A program made the position numbers and the translations under genes. Below, piece by piece: positions 8,452 through 17,486 of a stretch of 26,221 nt of DNA. Under the pieces are notes generated by a model. It saw only the letters and a list, made by a program, of their open reading frames with translations. It was not told where the DNA came from and made no database searches. This DNA is from Candidatus Zixiibacteriota bacterium (lineage in GTDB: Bacteria > Zixibacteria > MSB-5A5 > GN15 > FEB-12), in assembly GCA_041742355.1 (NCBI GenBank), contig JBGSIV010000034.1, positions 1 to 26,221 of the forward strand, given 5' to 3'. Within the stretch, counting starts at the first letter, position 1. The number at the start of each line of letters is the position of its first letter.

Positions 8452-9435
8452 ATGGCCAAGGGCAAGGCAAAGACCGCAACGACGAAAAAGAAAATGTCCC
8501 AGACCACGCGGGAGATTATCAAGACCGCCATCTTCCTCACTATCGTCGGTATTCTCGTCGCCGTCTACGTCGTCTACCCGCTCCTGAAGAGCAAGACCGC
8601 TATGGGGCGGCAGGACGGAGAAGAGTCGCTGAAGATCGAGTCGCTGCCGCCGAACGATCCGGCGGCCTGTGTCGAGGCCGGCCTCGTTTGCGATACGTTC
8701 CGTGTCGAAGCCGACGGCATCACGGCGCTGGCGGCTCTCTACATTGCCGCGTCCCCGGACAGCCTGGCGGCCGAACCCGGCACGGTCATTCTCCTGCACG
8801 CCGACACGAGCAACCGCAACGCGCTGCTCCCCTGGGCGCAGCAGTTCACCGACAGCGGTTACCATGTCGTCCTGTACGACCAGCGCGCCTCCGGCTATTC
8901 TTCGGGCAGCTATCATGGCGAAGGCTGGTACGAAGCGAATGACCTGGAGGAGATGATCGCCTGGCTCGAACTGCACGACCGCCTCACTCATCCGCTCTTT
9001 GTCGTCGGCCGGGGCGTTGGCGCCGACGCCGCCCTGCTGGCGTCGCTGGAGGAACCGCGCATCGACGGTGCCGTCGCTATCGAGCCGTACCTCTCGACCG
9101 ACCGCATGTGGGATATGAAGCGTAAGGAGCACGGCCTCTACTGGTTCCCTTTCCACAAGACCATGCTCTGGTGGTGGTACAACATTCGTTCGAGCTATGC
9201 TGCCGCCTACCGGGAGGTTGGGGACCTCGAGGCGGTGCCCAATCCGACGCTGCTTATTGTTCCGACGGATGCCCTTGATGCCGAAGAAGTAGTGACCCTG
9301 CGCGATCTCTCCGAAAAGGAGCAGCTCACGGTCCAGACCACCGCTGAGGGGCAGCTCCTCGGCGCGATCTTCGATTTCATACGGGCTCGCACCCCGAAAC
9401 CGGAAGTGCCGGCCGATACGGCCACCGCGCCCTGA
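8452..9435 (+). CDS. Membrane-anchored alpha/beta-hydrolase-fold protein (nucleophile Ser apparently absent)
   Basis: N-terminal TM helix, then TVILLH, GYHVVLYDQRASGYSSG and EANDL. The elbow reads GRGVGA instead of GxSxG. Confidence 0.85.
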   Translation: MAKGKAKTATTKKKMSQTTREIIKTAIFLTIVGILVAVYVVYPLLKSKTAMGRQDGEESLKIESLPPNDPAACVEAGLVCDTFRVEADGITALAALYIAASPDSLAAEPGTVILLHADTSNRNALLPWAQQFTDSGYHVVLYDQRASGYSSGSYHGEGWYEANDLEEMIAWLELHDRLTHPLFVVGRGVGADAALLASLEEPRIDGAVAIEPYLSTDRMWDMKRKEHGLYWFPFHKTMLWWWYNIRSSYAAAYREVGDLEAVPNPTLLIVPTDALDAEEVVTLRDLSEKEQLTVQTTAEGQLLGAIFDFIRARTPKPEVPADTATAP

Positions 9436-9603
9436 TCTCCGGACCGGTCCGGTTCATCGGCCCCCACTTGCCTCCCGGCTGTGCTTCACTGTATATTGCC
9501 CCCGGTCGAATTGAACCAATGTGCAGCCTGCCCGGTTGTTACCAGTGGCAGCGCCCGGCAGGGGCGCTCCGCGGCAACCGTCAGCATACTTAGAGGATGA
9601 CTC

Positions 9604-10809
9604 ATGAACGCAGCAGCTATAGCCCCCGATGTCTGGTGGGTTGGCGTCAAGGACCCCGGCCTCCGGGTGTTCGACATCATCATGGCCACCGAACACGGCA
9701 CGACTTACAACGCCTATTTGATCAAGGGCGCCAACCGGATCGCTCTCGTTGACACCGTCAAGGAAGGGTTCACCGACGAGTATTTCCGGAATATCGAGGA
9801 GATCGTCCCGCTCGATCAGATCAGCCTCCTTGTGGTCAACCACACCGAACCGGATCATTCCGGCGCTATGCACGCCCTTCTGGACCGGTTGCCCAATCTC
9901 GAGATCGTGTGCGCCACCGCCGCCCTGCCGTTTGTCAGGAACGTGCTCAACCGCGACGCCAAGATCACGACGGTCAAGGACAACTCCGAAATCGACCTCG
10001 GCGGCAAGAAGTTGATTTTCAAGGCGACCCCGTACATGCACTGGCCGGACACGATGATGGAGTACCTCACGGAGGAGGGCATTCTCTTCTCGTGCGACGG
10101 TTTCGCGGCCCATGTCGCGTTCGACTCTCTCTGGGCCGACGAGAGCACGGTGGATTTCGATCATGAGGTGCATTACTACTACGACGCCATCATGCGCCCG
10201 TTCGCGCACTATATCAGGAAGAACCTGGCTAAGCTCGACGGTCTCGATATCCGCATGATCGCCCCTTCCCACGGCCCGTTGATCCGACGCGAGATCGGCC
10301 CGCATATCGACCGCTACCGCCAGTGGGCCGTCGACAAAACCGAAGGCAAGAACCAGGTCGCGATCGTGTACGTCAGCTCCTATGGCAACACCGGCAAGAT
10401 CGCCGATGCTATCGCCGCCGGACTGCGGAGCCGGGGCTACCAGACCGCTATGATCAACGCCGCCGAGTGTGAGGTCGAAGCGACCCGCGACACGCTCGAA
10501 TCTTCCCGCGCCATCCTGTTCGGCACGCCGACGTTTGCCGGCGACGCGGTGCGCCCCACGTGGGATGTCGTCAACCTCCTCTCCACCATCTCCACCCGCG
10601 ACACCCGGGCGGGGGTCTTCGGTTCCTACGGCTGGGGGGGCGAAGGGGTCAAGCTGGTTCATCAGCGCCTTGACGGCATGAAGATCAAGACGTTCGAGGA
10701 GATTTTCAAAGCCCGCCTCGTGCCGTCATCGGCGGAGATGGGGGGAATAGACGAGTGGGTGGGCAAGTTTGCCGCGTTTATCGAGGAGAAGAGCCAATCC
10801 TCTGAGTAG
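9604..10809 (+). CDS. fprA: Flavodiiron protein (A-type flavoprotein; O2/NO reductase)
   Basis: Metallo-beta-lactamase di-iron motifs GTTYNAY, HTEPDH, HWPD, SCDGF and PSHG. Flavodoxin domain motifs SSYGNT and FGSYGWGGE. Confidence 0.95.
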   Translation: MNAAAIAPDVWWVGVKDPGLRVFDIIMATEHGTTYNAYLIKGANRIALVDTVKEGFTDEYFRNIEEIVPLDQISLLVVNHTEPDHSGAMHALLDRLPNLEIVCATAALPFVRNVLNRDAKITTVKDNSEIDLGGKKLIFKATPYMHWPDTMMEYLTEEGILFSCDGFAAHVAFDSLWADESTVDFDHEVHYYYDAIMRPFAHYIRKNLAKLDGLDIRMIAPSHGPLIRREIGPHIDRYRQWAVDKTEGKNQVAIVYVSSYGNTGKIADAIAAGLRSRGYQTAMINAAECEVEATRDTLESSRAILFGTPTFAGDAVRPTWDVVNLLSTISTRDTRAGVFGSYGWGGEGVKLVHQRLDGMKIKTFEEIFKARLVPSSAEMGGIDEWVGKFAAFIEEKSQSSE

Positions 10810-10836
10810 TCGGAGCACAGACGAGAGGGTGACCGG

Positions 10837-11436
10837 ATGACTGACGACAAGCTCAAGAAGTACCGCGCGAAGCGTGATTTCGACAAGACCGCCGAACCAG
10901 CCGGCGACACGCCTGCCGAAAACGAGGCCGGCCGCCCCATCTTCGTCATACAGAAACACGATGCATCCCGCCTCCACTACGACATCCGCATCGAGATGAG
11001 CGGCGTCCTCAAGTCATGGGCGGTGCCCAAGGGGCCGTCGCTCAACCCGGCCGACAAGCGCCTTGCGGTTGAGGTCGAGGATCACCCGCTGGACTACGCC
11101 GATTTCGAGGGGACCATTCCCGAGGAGGAGTACGGCGGCGGCACGGTCATGGTCTGGGATTTCGGCACCTACACGAATATCAAGCGGGTGAAGGGGGATG
11201 CCATGGTCACCATGCAGGAGGCCTACGAGATGGGGACGATTGAGATCGAGCTGTCGGGGCAGAAACTCCACGGCGGCTATGCCCTTCGGCGGTTCAAGCG
11301 TGAAGGGGATAAAGACCAGTGGCTCTTGATCAAGATGAAAGACGCCCACGCCGATCCCGCGCGGGACATCACGAAGACGGATCCGGATTCGGCGAAAACG
11401 GGGCGGACGCTGAAGGAGATCTCCACGAATACATGA
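10837..11436 (+). CDS. Stand-alone LigD 3'-phosphoesterase (PE) domain protein
   Basis: Motifs Y..KRDF.KT.EP, FVIQKHDASRLHYDIR, SWAVPKGPS, EDHPLDY and GGGTVMVWD. Confidence 0.92.
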   Translation: MTDDKLKKYRAKRDFDKTAEPAGDTPAENEAGRPIFVIQKHDASRLHYDIRIEMSGVLKSWAVPKGPSLNPADKRLAVEVEDHPLDYADFEGTIPEEEYGGGTVMVWDFGTYTNIKRVKGDAMVTMQEAYEMGTIEIELSGQKLHGGYALRRFKREGDKDQWLLIKMKDAHADPARDITKTDPDSAKTGRTLKEISTNT

Positions 11437-11493
11437 TTGACAAACGGTTCGCTCATACCCGACTGGTGAATCAGCCGCCCCCCACTTTCCCCA

Positions 11494-11521
11494 TTGCAAA
11501 ATCCGCCCACAGCCGTATAAT
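11494..11521 (+). promoter_or_regulatory. sigma70 promoter of hflX
   Basis: TTGCAA (11494-11499), 16-nt spacer, TATAAT (11516-11521). Confidence 0.55.
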
Positions 11522-11572
11522 TAATGCGGACCAAACCGATCAACAAAACTCAAGGAGTCGGCTGACAGCCCG

Positions 11573-12685
11573 GTGGCCATAGACCTGCGCAAAGTGGAAA
11601 TCGAGAAGGCGATCCTCATCGGGATTGCCACCACCTCCCGCGACAAAGTCGCGGTCGAGGAGTCCCTGGACGAGCTTGCCGCCCTCACCGTATCGGCCGG
11701 AGCACAGGTGGTCGGCCGTCGCGTTCAGGTCCGCCCCGCCCCCGATCCCGCCACGTATATCGGCAAGGGCCTGGTCGAGGAGATCAAAACCCAACTGATC
11801 GAAGTCGGCGGCAACTGCGTCATTTTCGACGATCCCCTCTCCCCCGCCCAGCAGCGCAACCTTGAGGAGCGGATCGAGGCAAAGGTGATCGACCGTCCGG
11901 TACTTATCCTCGATATCTTCGCCACCCGCGCGCGCACGGCCGCCGCCCGCCTGCAGGTTGAACTCGCCCAGCTTGAATACACTCTCCCCCGGCTGACCGG
12001 CGCGTGGGTGCACTTCTCCCGCCAGTACGGCGGTATCGGCTCGAAGGGGCCGGGTGAAACGCAGCTTGAAATCGACCGGCGCCAGATCCGCACCAAGATC
12101 TCTCATCTCAAGCAGCGGCTCGAAAAACTTGACACCCAGCGCTCGGTCCAGCGTAAAGCCCGCCAGGAGATGTTCAAGGTCGCCCTGGTCGGCTACACCA
12201 ACGCCGGCAAGTCGACGCTGTTCAATCGCCTGACCAAGGCGGATGTCCGCACTGCCGATATGCTCTTCACCACGCTCGACTCGACCACCCGGGTCATGTC
12301 CTCCGGCTACCCCTGCCGGGTGCTTTTTTCCGATACGGTCGGGTTCATCAAGAAATTGCCGCACCAGTTGGTGGAGTCGTTCAAATCCACCCTTGAGGAG
12401 GTTGCCCAGGCCAACCTGCTCCTCCATGTCGCCGATATCGCCGATCCGCATCTGGATGAGCACATTGCCCAGACCCGCCAGGTGCTGGCCGAAATCGGCG
12501 CCGAGAAAGTGCCTTACCTGATGGTGTATAATAAGATAGACGCCAATCCCGAGTTTGTGGTGAATAACGGCCGCGGCGAGAAGATGTTTTTCATCTCGGC
12601 TCTGGCCAACCGGGGTCTGGCGGCTCTCCAGGCTGAGTTGATCTCCCGGTCCAGCAAATCAGGTTCCGAATCTTACTCATTCTAA
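11573..12685 (+). CDS. hflX: Ribosome-associated GTPase HflX
   Basis: Motifs LQVELAQL, GPGETQLE.DRR, G1 GYTNAGKST, FTTLD, DTVGFI and NKID. GTG start with an AAGGAG RBS. Confidence 0.96.
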   Translation: MAIDLRKVEIEKAILIGIATTSRDKVAVEESLDELAALTVSAGAQVVGRRVQVRPAPDPATYIGKGLVEEIKTQLIEVGGNCVIFDDPLSPAQQRNLEERIEAKVIDRPVLILDIFATRARTAAARLQVELAQLEYTLPRLTGAWVHFSRQYGGIGSKGPGETQLEIDRRQIRTKISHLKQRLEKLDTQRSVQRKARQEMFKVALVGYTNAGKSTLFNRLTKADVRTADMLFTTLDSTTRVMSSGYPCRVLFSDTVGFIKKLPHQLVESFKSTLEEVAQANLLLHVADIADPHLDEHIAQTRQVLAEIGAEKVPYLMVYNKIDANPEFVVNNGRGEKMFFISALANRGLAALQAELISRSSKSGSESYSF

Positions 12686-12737
12686 GTCAAGCTCTTCGCG
12701 GGTTTTGCCGATACTTGCCATAAGGAGTAGGCATAGT

Positions 12738-13091
12738 ATGGCAAAACCGATTCTCATCGTGGATGACAACCCGAACATGTCTTCGCTTTTGTCGGACATG
12801 CTTGAGGTGTTTGATTACCCGTCCGACCGTGCCGGCGACGGCCAGGAGGCGCTGGATAAACTTGAGAACCAGCCGTTCTCCATGGTCATCACCGACATGC
12901 GCATGCCCAACATGACCGGACTCGAATTGATCCAGAAGATCAAGGAGAAGTATCCCAAACTTCCGGTCGTGCTCATCTCCGGCTACTCGATCAACGAATT
13001 CGACTCTGTCGAAGGACAGCGTCCCGACGGCTTCCTCGCCAAACCGTTCATGATGTCCGATGTCGAGAAGCTGTTGAACTCGCTGCTGTAG
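12738..13091 (+). CDS. Single-domain response regulator (CheY-like receiver)
   Basis: Motifs ILIVDD, ITDMRMP.MTG, ISG and LAKPF. ATG at 12738 follows TAAGGAG. Confidence 0.93.
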   Translation: MAKPILIVDDNPNMSSLLSDMLEVFDYPSDRAGDGQEALDKLENQPFSMVITDMRMPNMTGLELIQKIKEKYPKLPVVLISGYSINEFDSVEGQRPDGFLAKPFMMSDVEKLLNSLL

Positions 13092-13129
13092 CCCGGCCCT
13101 GATTTCTCGTTCCCGCAGAATACGTGATT

Positions 13130-13159
13130 GGCCCCGCCCCGGCGGGGCCTGCCTTTTTA
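13130..13159 (+). terminator. Rho-independent terminator after the response regulator
   Basis: GGCCCCGC-cccg-GCGGGGCC followed by TGCCTTTTT. Confidence 0.6.
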
Positions 13160-13185
13160 TACCCACCGATCACAAGGCCCAAAGT

Positions 13186-13221
13186 GAAAACACCGCCGCC
13201 TCCTTCCGGAAGCGGCGGTGT
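13186..13221 (-). terminator. Rho-independent terminator after the Cys-rich dockerin gene
   Basis: Stem ACACCGCCGC/GCGGCGGTGT followed by TTTT on the minus strand. Confidence 0.6.
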
Positions 13222-13264
13222 CGCTCACGTTCTCCCGCGTCGAAGGCGGGGAGCATCAGAATCC

Positions 13265-15811
13265 TTACGGGCATGGCTTCGGCGCCGGGCCTCCCTTGAA
13301 GAAGTAATTCACCAGGAACGTCAGGTCGGCGACATTAACCAGTCCGTCGCCGTTGACATCCGCCTCTTCGAGGCACGGCGGTTTCGGCCCGCCCTTGAAC
13401 AGGTAGTTTACGAGGAAGGTCAGGTCGCCGACGTTAACAATACCGTCGTTGTTGACATCCCCCTTGAGGTTGCAGCAGCCGTCGCAGCACAACCGCAGCC
13501 GCACCATGAGGTAGTCGACCTCGGTGTCATCCTGGAACATGATGTCGAGGTCGCCGTCCTGCACGGCCGCCAGCACATTCGTGATCCCGAGCCCGCTCGC
13601 CGGCAGGTTTGCCAGGTCGAGGCACATTGTCAGCGTGTCTCCCGTACTCCAGGACGGATCGGCACCGCCGGTCGCGATCGACTGGAGTGTGTTCATCCGG
13701 ATACCCCAGACGAATACCCCGTTCTCCGCGATATACAGCGCGTCGGTCCCGGCGATCGATCCGCTCGCATACACGCGGAAGCACAACTGCGCTCCGATCA
13801 GGCAGCACTTCGCGGTATCGTACAGGTTCGTGAAGGTGTGTCCGAAACACTGGTCCTCCATGAACTGATCGAACTGGTTGGTCGAGCCGAGCGGACAGGT
13901 CAGAAGCGGAATCAGATCCGCTCCCGGCGTCGCCGGCTCCGGCCCAGCGAAGTTGTCGATTGTCCCGGCCACCACGCTCGGCGTCTGGATCGAACCATCC
14001 GCGCAGGTCGTGTCGTGGTTGCCGAAATCCAATCCGCCGATGAAACCGCCCGGCGGCAGATTGACCTGGTGGAAGACGGTCGGCGGGAAGGTCTGTACCC
14101 AGCCCGGCTGCACCGTCTCCCAGACCTGGTAAGTCCCGGGCGGCAGGCCGGCGAAGTCATACTGACCCACGGCGTTGGTCACCACCGAACCGACATAAAA
14201 CCCGCCAAGGTAGACGTTGATCGTCCAGCCCGCCATCGGCGGCTCGTTGGCATCCCAGACGCCGTCGCAGTCGAGGTCGTTCCACTTGTGTCCCTGCAAC
14301 GAACCGTCGCCGCCCGAGCAGCAGTGCTCCAGGTGCGCCGCATGGATCGCCTGGTCGGCCGCCGTGATGACGCCGTCGCAATCGTAGTCGTTGCACGGCA
14401 GTTTGCCCAGCCAGTCATCCGGCTTGACGCACTTGTCGTTGTTGATGTCGAGGTACCGCCCGGTCAGGAACCGGCACAGCTTCCCGTTGACAAACAGCAT
14501 GATCCGGCAGTCGCTGCAGGTGAGGCTCGACGCCTTGATCGAGAAGTAGTGGTTTCCCGTGGCAGGATCGCAGCTGTCGGGATATACGATCGGCCAATCC
14601 GGGTGCTCGCCCGGACACGGCTTCGCCTCGCACTGGCTGAAGTCCATCCAGACCGCCGACGGATCGCAGAAAGGATTGCCGCAGCTGTCTTTCACCGTTA
14701 CGACGTGCGTGATATCCCCGGTCGGGCAGATGAGCACGCAATCGTCCGTGACGACACTATCGCAGAGCGGCGGGCCGGGCGCGCACGGATCCGAATCACA
14801 GCAGTGACCGTGGTGGGCCGTGTGGATGGCGAAATCGGCCGCCGTGATCGACCCGCTGCAGTCGTAGTCGTTGCAGAATTTGTCGATCCAGTCCTTGTCG
14901 GTGACGCAGTTGTCGTTGTTGATATCGAGGAACTTCACCTTGATCGTCTTGCAGATCGACCCCGGCGTCAATTGCAGGAACGCGACGCAGTCGATACAGT
15001 CGAGGCTCGAGGCCTTAATCGAGAAATAGTGCTTCCCGGTGGCCGGATTGCAGCTGTCGGGATAGACCAGCGGCCAGTCGGGATGGGCCCCCGGACAGGG
15101 CTCCGCGGCACACTGGTCAAAGTTGAGCGCCAGGTCGGGCAGGCACAGCGGATTGCCGCAGCTGTCTTTCACGGCGACCGTGTAGACAATATCGCCGATC
15201 GGGCAGATAACCATGCACGGATCGGCCACCACGCTGTCGCAGAACGCCGGCCCTGCGGGACAGGGCTGGCTCTGGCAGCAGTGCCCCTGGTGGGCGGCCA
15301 GGAAGGTGGCATCCGCGCCATCGGTGACGTTGTCGCAGTTGTAGTCGCTGCATGTCTGGTTGGCGAAGAAGTCGCTCGTCTCCACACAGAGCGAGCCGTT
15401 CTGATCGAGGAACCGGAACCGCACCGGTTTGCACGGCACGCCATTGATATAAAGCGCCGCCGAACAGACAAAGCAGTCCGGAACGCCCATTTGCAGTTGG
15501 AACGTATGCTCCCCCGTCGCCGGGTCGCATGACACCGGGTACACCAGGGGCCAGTTCGGATACAAGCCCGGACACGGCGTCACGGGGCAGTTGCTGAAGT
15601 CAAGGTACGTGCCAGTCATGTCACACACCGGCATGCCGCAGCTGTCGAGGACCGTAACGACAAAGGGAATGTCGCCGGACGGGCAAATCACGGGGCACGA
15701 AGTAAACGTAACCGAATCACAGAAGGGATCCGGACACGCCGCGCCGCTGTCGCCGACCAGCCCGAGCAGCACAACCACCATACAACCGATGAAGAGATCA
15801 ATCCTTCTCAT
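13265..15811 (-). CDS. Secreted Cys-rich repeat protein with three dockerin-like repeats, an SdrD-B/Cna-B domain and a C-terminal dockerin
   Basis: ATG at 15811 after GGAAGGAAG, then a signal peptide and three ~160-aa repeats. SdrD-B-like domain GHKWNDLDCDG.WD.NEP...G.Y.V.E...DFGN. Terminal dockerin GDVNNDGIVNVGDLTFLVNYLF / ADVNGDGLVNVADLTFLVNYFF. Confidence 0.88.
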   Translation of the reverse strand: MRRIDLFIGCMVVVLLGLVGDSGAACPDPFCDSVTFTSCPVICPSGDIPFVVTVLDSCGMPVCDMTGTYLDFSNCPVTPCPGLYPNWPLVYPVSCDPATGEHTFQLQMGVPDCFVCSAALYINGVPCKPVRFRFLDQNGSLCVETSDFFANQTCSDYNCDNVTDGADATFLAAHQGHCCQSQPCPAGPAFCDSVVADPCMVICPIGDIVYTVAVKDSCGNPLCLPDLALNFDQCAAEPCPGAHPDWPLVYPDSCNPATGKHYFSIKASSLDCIDCVAFLQLTPGSICKTIKVKFLDINNDNCVTDKDWIDKFCNDYDCSGSITAADFAIHTAHHGHCCDSDPCAPGPPLCDSVVTDDCVLICPTGDITHVVTVKDSCGNPFCDPSAVWMDFSQCEAKPCPGEHPDWPIVYPDSCDPATGNHYFSIKASSLTCSDCRIMLFVNGKLCRFLTGRYLDINNDKCVKPDDWLGKLPCNDYDCDGVITAADQAIHAAHLEHCCSGGDGSLQGHKWNDLDCDGVWDANEPPMAGWTINVYLGGFYVGSVVTNAVGQYDFAGLPPGTYQVWETVQPGWVQTFPPTVFHQVNLPPGGFIGGLDFGNHDTTCADGSIQTPSVVAGTIDNFAGPEPATPGADLIPLLTCPLGSTNQFDQFMEDQCFGHTFTNLYDTAKCCLIGAQLCFRVYASGSIAGTDALYIAENGVFVWGIRMNTLQSIATGGADPSWSTGDTLTMCLDLANLPASGLGITNVLAAVQDGDLDIMFQDDTEVDYLMVRLRLCCDGCCNLKGDVNNDGIVNVGDLTFLVNYLFKGGPKPPCLEEADVNGDGLVNVADLTFLVNYFFKGGPAPKPCP
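14318..15727 (-). repeat. Three tandem intragenic repeats (~480/477-nt period)
   Basis: Each unit runs xFCDSV...ICP.GDI...V.DSCG.P.C...CPG..P.WP.VYP.SC.PATG.H.F...LD.N...CV...C.DY.C......AD......H..HCC. Confidence 0.9.
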
Positions 15812-16168
15812 GATGCTTCCTTCCCTGAACACACCAGGACACCACTCGCCGCTTCGGGCGGCGTACAGCTATCTATTGATCACTGCTCCGAATGGAGCCG
15901 GTAGCATTATCCCCGGCGCGGTTGGTGGCCGCGCCGCACGAACACAAACGGAACTTTGCCCGGACACGTGTTTTGGTGTAGTTGCCTGAAATTGCTTTGC
16001 TGATACTGAAAAGTCGATCGCGGTCCCCGACCGTCAACCTGCCCTAATTAAGATATTGTGGATCTTGTATGTCAAGTCTTTTCTGTCCCGAGCCCGTCGG
16101 GAATTTGCAGTTTCATCGCCGCGCGCGATTGCCTATACTACCGCAGATGATTTGAGGAGTGACCGAGA

Positions 16169-16855
16169 GTGCGTCGTATACTGGAAAAATCGCAGTTGTT
16201 CGCGGGGCTCGACCCGGCTTCGCTCGCCGAAGTCGAAACCGCCACGTCAATCCGCCACGTCGGCAAGGGGGAGATCCTCTTTTCCGAGGGGGATCCCGCC
16301 GTGTCGTTTTTTGTCGTCGGCGAGGGGAAGGTGAAGATCTTCAAGCTCTCCCCCGATGGCAAGGAGCAGATCCTCATGATCGCCAAACCAGGCGACACTT
16401 TCGCCGAAGCTGCGATCTTCAACGATGGCCGCTACCCGGCCGCCGCCGAAGCGATCGAAGAGAGCGAGCTGCTCGCGATAAACCGCGACCGCTTCATCTT
16501 GCTCCTCGGCCACAACCCCAATCTCGCGTTCGGCCTTATCGCCCGCCTCTGCCAGCTTCTGCGCAAAATGGCCGCGCTGGTCGAGGGCTTATCGCTGACC
16601 GATGTCACGACCCGGGTCGCCCACTACCTCGTCCGCCAGGCCGACCGCGCCATCGCCCAAAACAAGGCCGCGGGCAACGATGTCACCGTGACCCTCCCCG
16701 AGAAGAAGACCCTCCTGGCCTCCCAGCTCGGCACCATACCCGAGACCCTCTCTCGATCGCTGGCGAAACTCACCAAGGAAGGCGTGATCGAGGTCGACGG
16801 CCCGCGGATCCACATACGGGATCTCAAGCACCTGCGCGAATTGATCGAGGCGTAG
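16169..16855 (+). CDS. Crp/Fnr family transcriptional regulator (no FNR-type N-terminal Cys cluster)
   Basis: cNMP-like domain (LFSEGDP, G.VKI, GKEQIL, GDTFAE) and HTH (LASQLGTIPETLSRSL). GTG start after GAGGAG. Confidence 0.93.
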   Translation: MRRILEKSQLFAGLDPASLAEVETATSIRHVGKGEILFSEGDPAVSFFVVGEGKVKIFKLSPDGKEQILMIAKPGDTFAEAAIFNDGRYPAAAEAIEESELLAINRDRFILLLGHNPNLAFGLIARLCQLLRKMAALVEGLSLTDVTTRVAHYLVRQADRAIAQNKAAGNDVTVTLPEKKTLLASQLGTIPETLSRSLAKLTKEGVIEVDGPRIHIRDLKHLRELIEA

Positions 16856-16857
16856 CC

Positions 16858-17478
16858 ATGACCCCGGCGCGCATCAACGGCCTCATTTTCGACCTCGGCA
16901 ACGTCGTCCTCGACTACACTTTTGACCGGACGTTCGCCGCCTGGGGTCGAATTTTCGGGCGTGATCCGCTCGAATTGAAAGTGCGCTTCCGCTATGACCG
17001 TCAGTTTGAGGCGCTCGAACGCGGGGATATTTCACCTGAGGAGTACATTGCCCATGTCGGCAAGATGATCGAGATCGACTTCACGCCGGACAGCTTCGAC
17101 GCCGGCTGGAACGATATTTACGTCGGTCTCAAGCCGGGTGTTGTCGACCTTATCGACTCTTACCGGCAGAACTACTGGGTGGTTGCCCTCACCAACACGA
17201 CGCCCCTGCATGCTCCGGTGTGGAAAGCGAAGTTCGGCAGTGAGTTGAACCGGGTGTTCGAGCGGGTCTTCTGCTCGCACGAAATCCGCGCCCGCAAGCC
17301 GGAGCCACGCGCGTTTCGGACTGTGCTTGAGTACTTGAATCTCTCCCCGCAGTCAGTCATCCTGCTCGATGACAATCCCGTGTTTGTCCGCGGGGCCGAG
17401 GAGCTTGGTATCCGCTCGCTGCTGGTATCCTCGCGGGATGAAATCGAAGTCGGGCTGAGAGACACACTGCTGCGGTAG
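16858..17478 (+). CDS. HAD-family phosphatase (YihX-like)
   Basis: Motif I IFDLGNV, motif II LTNT, motif III RKPE and motif IV LLDD. ATG 2 nt after the crp stop. Confidence 0.9.
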   Translation: MTPARINGLIFDLGNVVLDYTFDRTFAAWGRIFGRDPLELKVRFRYDRQFEALERGDISPEEYIAHVGKMIEIDFTPDSFDAGWNDIYVGLKPGVVDLIDSYRQNYWVVALTNTTPLHAPVWKAKFGSELNRVFERVFCSHEIRARKPEPRAFRTVLEYLNLSPQSVILLDDNPVFVRGAEELGIRSLLVSSRDEIEVGLRDTLLR

Positions 17479-17486
17479 CGGGTGGA

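Noticed and set aside
13124..15532. 802-aa plus-strand ORF
   Set aside because: Antisense shadow of the Cys-rich dockerin gene, caused by high GC3 codon bias. It is Arg/Val-rich and has no recognisable motifs.
14318..15727. Multiheme cytochrome or DGR template/variable repeats
   Set aside because: No CxxCH motifs, the repeat differences are not adenine-specific, and there is no reverse transcriptase in the window.
16159..17478. 439-aa ORF as a single gene or Crp-HAD fusion
   Set aside because: Its first half overlaps crp out of frame. The HAD protein starts at ATG 16858.
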